The notes under the pieces were generated by a model. The model had not been told where the DNA came from and did no database searches. It saw nothing but the letters and a program-made list of their open reading frames with translations. Of a DNA stretch of 64,000 nt, positions 62,681-64,000 are shown one piece after another; position 1 is the first letter of the stretch; each line of letters begins with the position of its first letter. The position numbers and the translations under genes are program-made. The DNA comes from Eledone cirrhosa (taxonomy: Eukaryota), in contig OZ024743.1 of assembly GCA_964016885.1 (NCBI GenBank), forward strand, positions 200,694,001 through 200,758,000, given 5' to 3'.

Positions 62681-63060
62681 ATGGTGGCGGCAGTGATGTT
62701 GTTGGTGGTGGTAGTGATGATGGTGACAGTAGCGGAAGCTTATGATGTTGGTGGTGGCGGTAAAGGTGGTGTTGAAGATAATGATTGTGGCAGTGATATT
62801 GGTGATAGTGGTGACGATGATGGTGGTGGAGGTGGCAGTGAAGTTGGTGGTGGTGATGGTGGTGGTGGTTGTGACAGTGATGGTGACGGGGATGTTGGTG
62901 GTGGTGGTGGTGGTGGTGGTGGTGATGTTGGTGGTGACGGTGACAGTGATGTTGGTGGTTGTGACGGTGATGGTGGTGATGATGGTGGTGGTGGTGGCGG
63001 TGATGTTGGTGGTGGTGGTGATGTCGGTGATGTTGGTGGTGGTGGTGGTGGCCGTGGCGT
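62681..63060 (+). repeat. (GGT/GAT)n low-complexity trinucleotide tract
   Basis: Direct inspection. Confidence 0.85.
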
Positions 63061-64000
63061 AGAGTTCCTTTGTTCTAATTTACTGACTTGGTTAGTTACG
63101 GTTCACTGACAACAGAAAAGTTCCTCAGTTTCCTTTTAGTTTTCAGTAGGGAGTAAGTAGGTATATACGTGTATGCGTCTGGTGGCATGTGTGTGTGTAT
63201 GTGTGTGAGTGTATGTATGTGTGTGTATGTGTGTGTTTGTATGTGTGTGTATGTGTATGTGTATGTGAGTGTGTGTGCATGTGTGTGAGTGTATGTGTGT
63301 GAGTGTATGTATGTGTGTGTATATGTGTGTTTGTATGTGTGCGTGTGAGTGTATGTGTGTGAGTGTATGTATGTGTGTGTATGTGTTTGTTTGTATGTGT
63401 GTATCTGTGTGTGTGTATATGTGTGAGTGTATGTGTGTGAGTATGTGTTTGTATGTGTGTGTGTGTATGTGTATGGGAAGTGGGACGTGGAAGTGAGAAT
63501 TTTGTAAGATTTGGTACAATGTGGGTGGAATTTATGAGGGGGACAGTGGGTGAGGTTAGTAGTTAGCAGTTAGCAAGCTGGGTAGTTTGGGGCATTTTCG
63601 GTAGGTAGGTTAGTAAACAGGGGTGGGGCTGGGTGAGTTGACTTGGTTTGTATCGCAAAAAAGAAAAGAACTCTCCCACCCCCAACAAAGAAAAGGACAA
63701 AAATATATCAACAGGAATTGGTGCTCTTGGAGTAAAGCACCGAAGAAATATTTCTCGTATTCTTTCATTGTACTCATTGGCATCGTTTCCCTTCCACACA
63801 ACACCACACCACCCACTTATTCACCCTAAACTCTCCACCCCCTCTTTATTGTTTCCACGCCACCAACGCCACAATTTCTTTCTCACCTATTTTAGAAGTG
63901 GTGGTTTGATAGTATCGGTAGAGCGTCAGACACCATGCTTTGCAGCAGCATAGAGTTATGGCCCTTTGCGTTCTGAGCTCAAATCCGCCGCGGTTAACTT

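Noticed and set aside
62681-63109. Secreted glycine-rich protein (hydrophobic N-terminus plus GGD repeats)
   Set aside because: A (GGT/GAT)n tract directly abutting a SINE and open in several frames; likely spurious without expression data.

Overview
Eukaryotic, AT-rich and repeat-dense DNA. The giant (TA)n arrays and the SINE/LINE content suggest a cephalopod (Octopus-like) genome; this is an inference. The only host gene I can support is ALKBH8 on the minus strand: six coding exons from 12574 down to 460 encode the RRM and AlkB domains, and the gene runs off the window start. Upstream of it lie a candidate bidirectional promoter and a possible divergent transcript. The rest is mobile or repetitive: a near full-length decayed RTE LINE with a PHD-like finger inserted in its RT region, a 5'-truncated CR1-group LINE, a Tx1/L1 fragment with a 12-bp TSD, two tRNA-derived SINE families, Penelope-like element (PLE) remnants, a foldback element and its satellite, a mariner-like mini-MITE array, VNTRs and a 200-N gap. 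The top finding is a non-coding array of about four apparently identical 422-bp units (13353-15020). Each unit carries a minimal type I hammerhead ribozyme with a palindromic stem III, a retrozyme/pLTR-like layout predicted to release 422-nt, possibly circular, RNAs. Related hammerheads with the same unusual U-U pair at the base of stem II occur in two PLE-derived loci in this window. All folds and alignments were done by eye.
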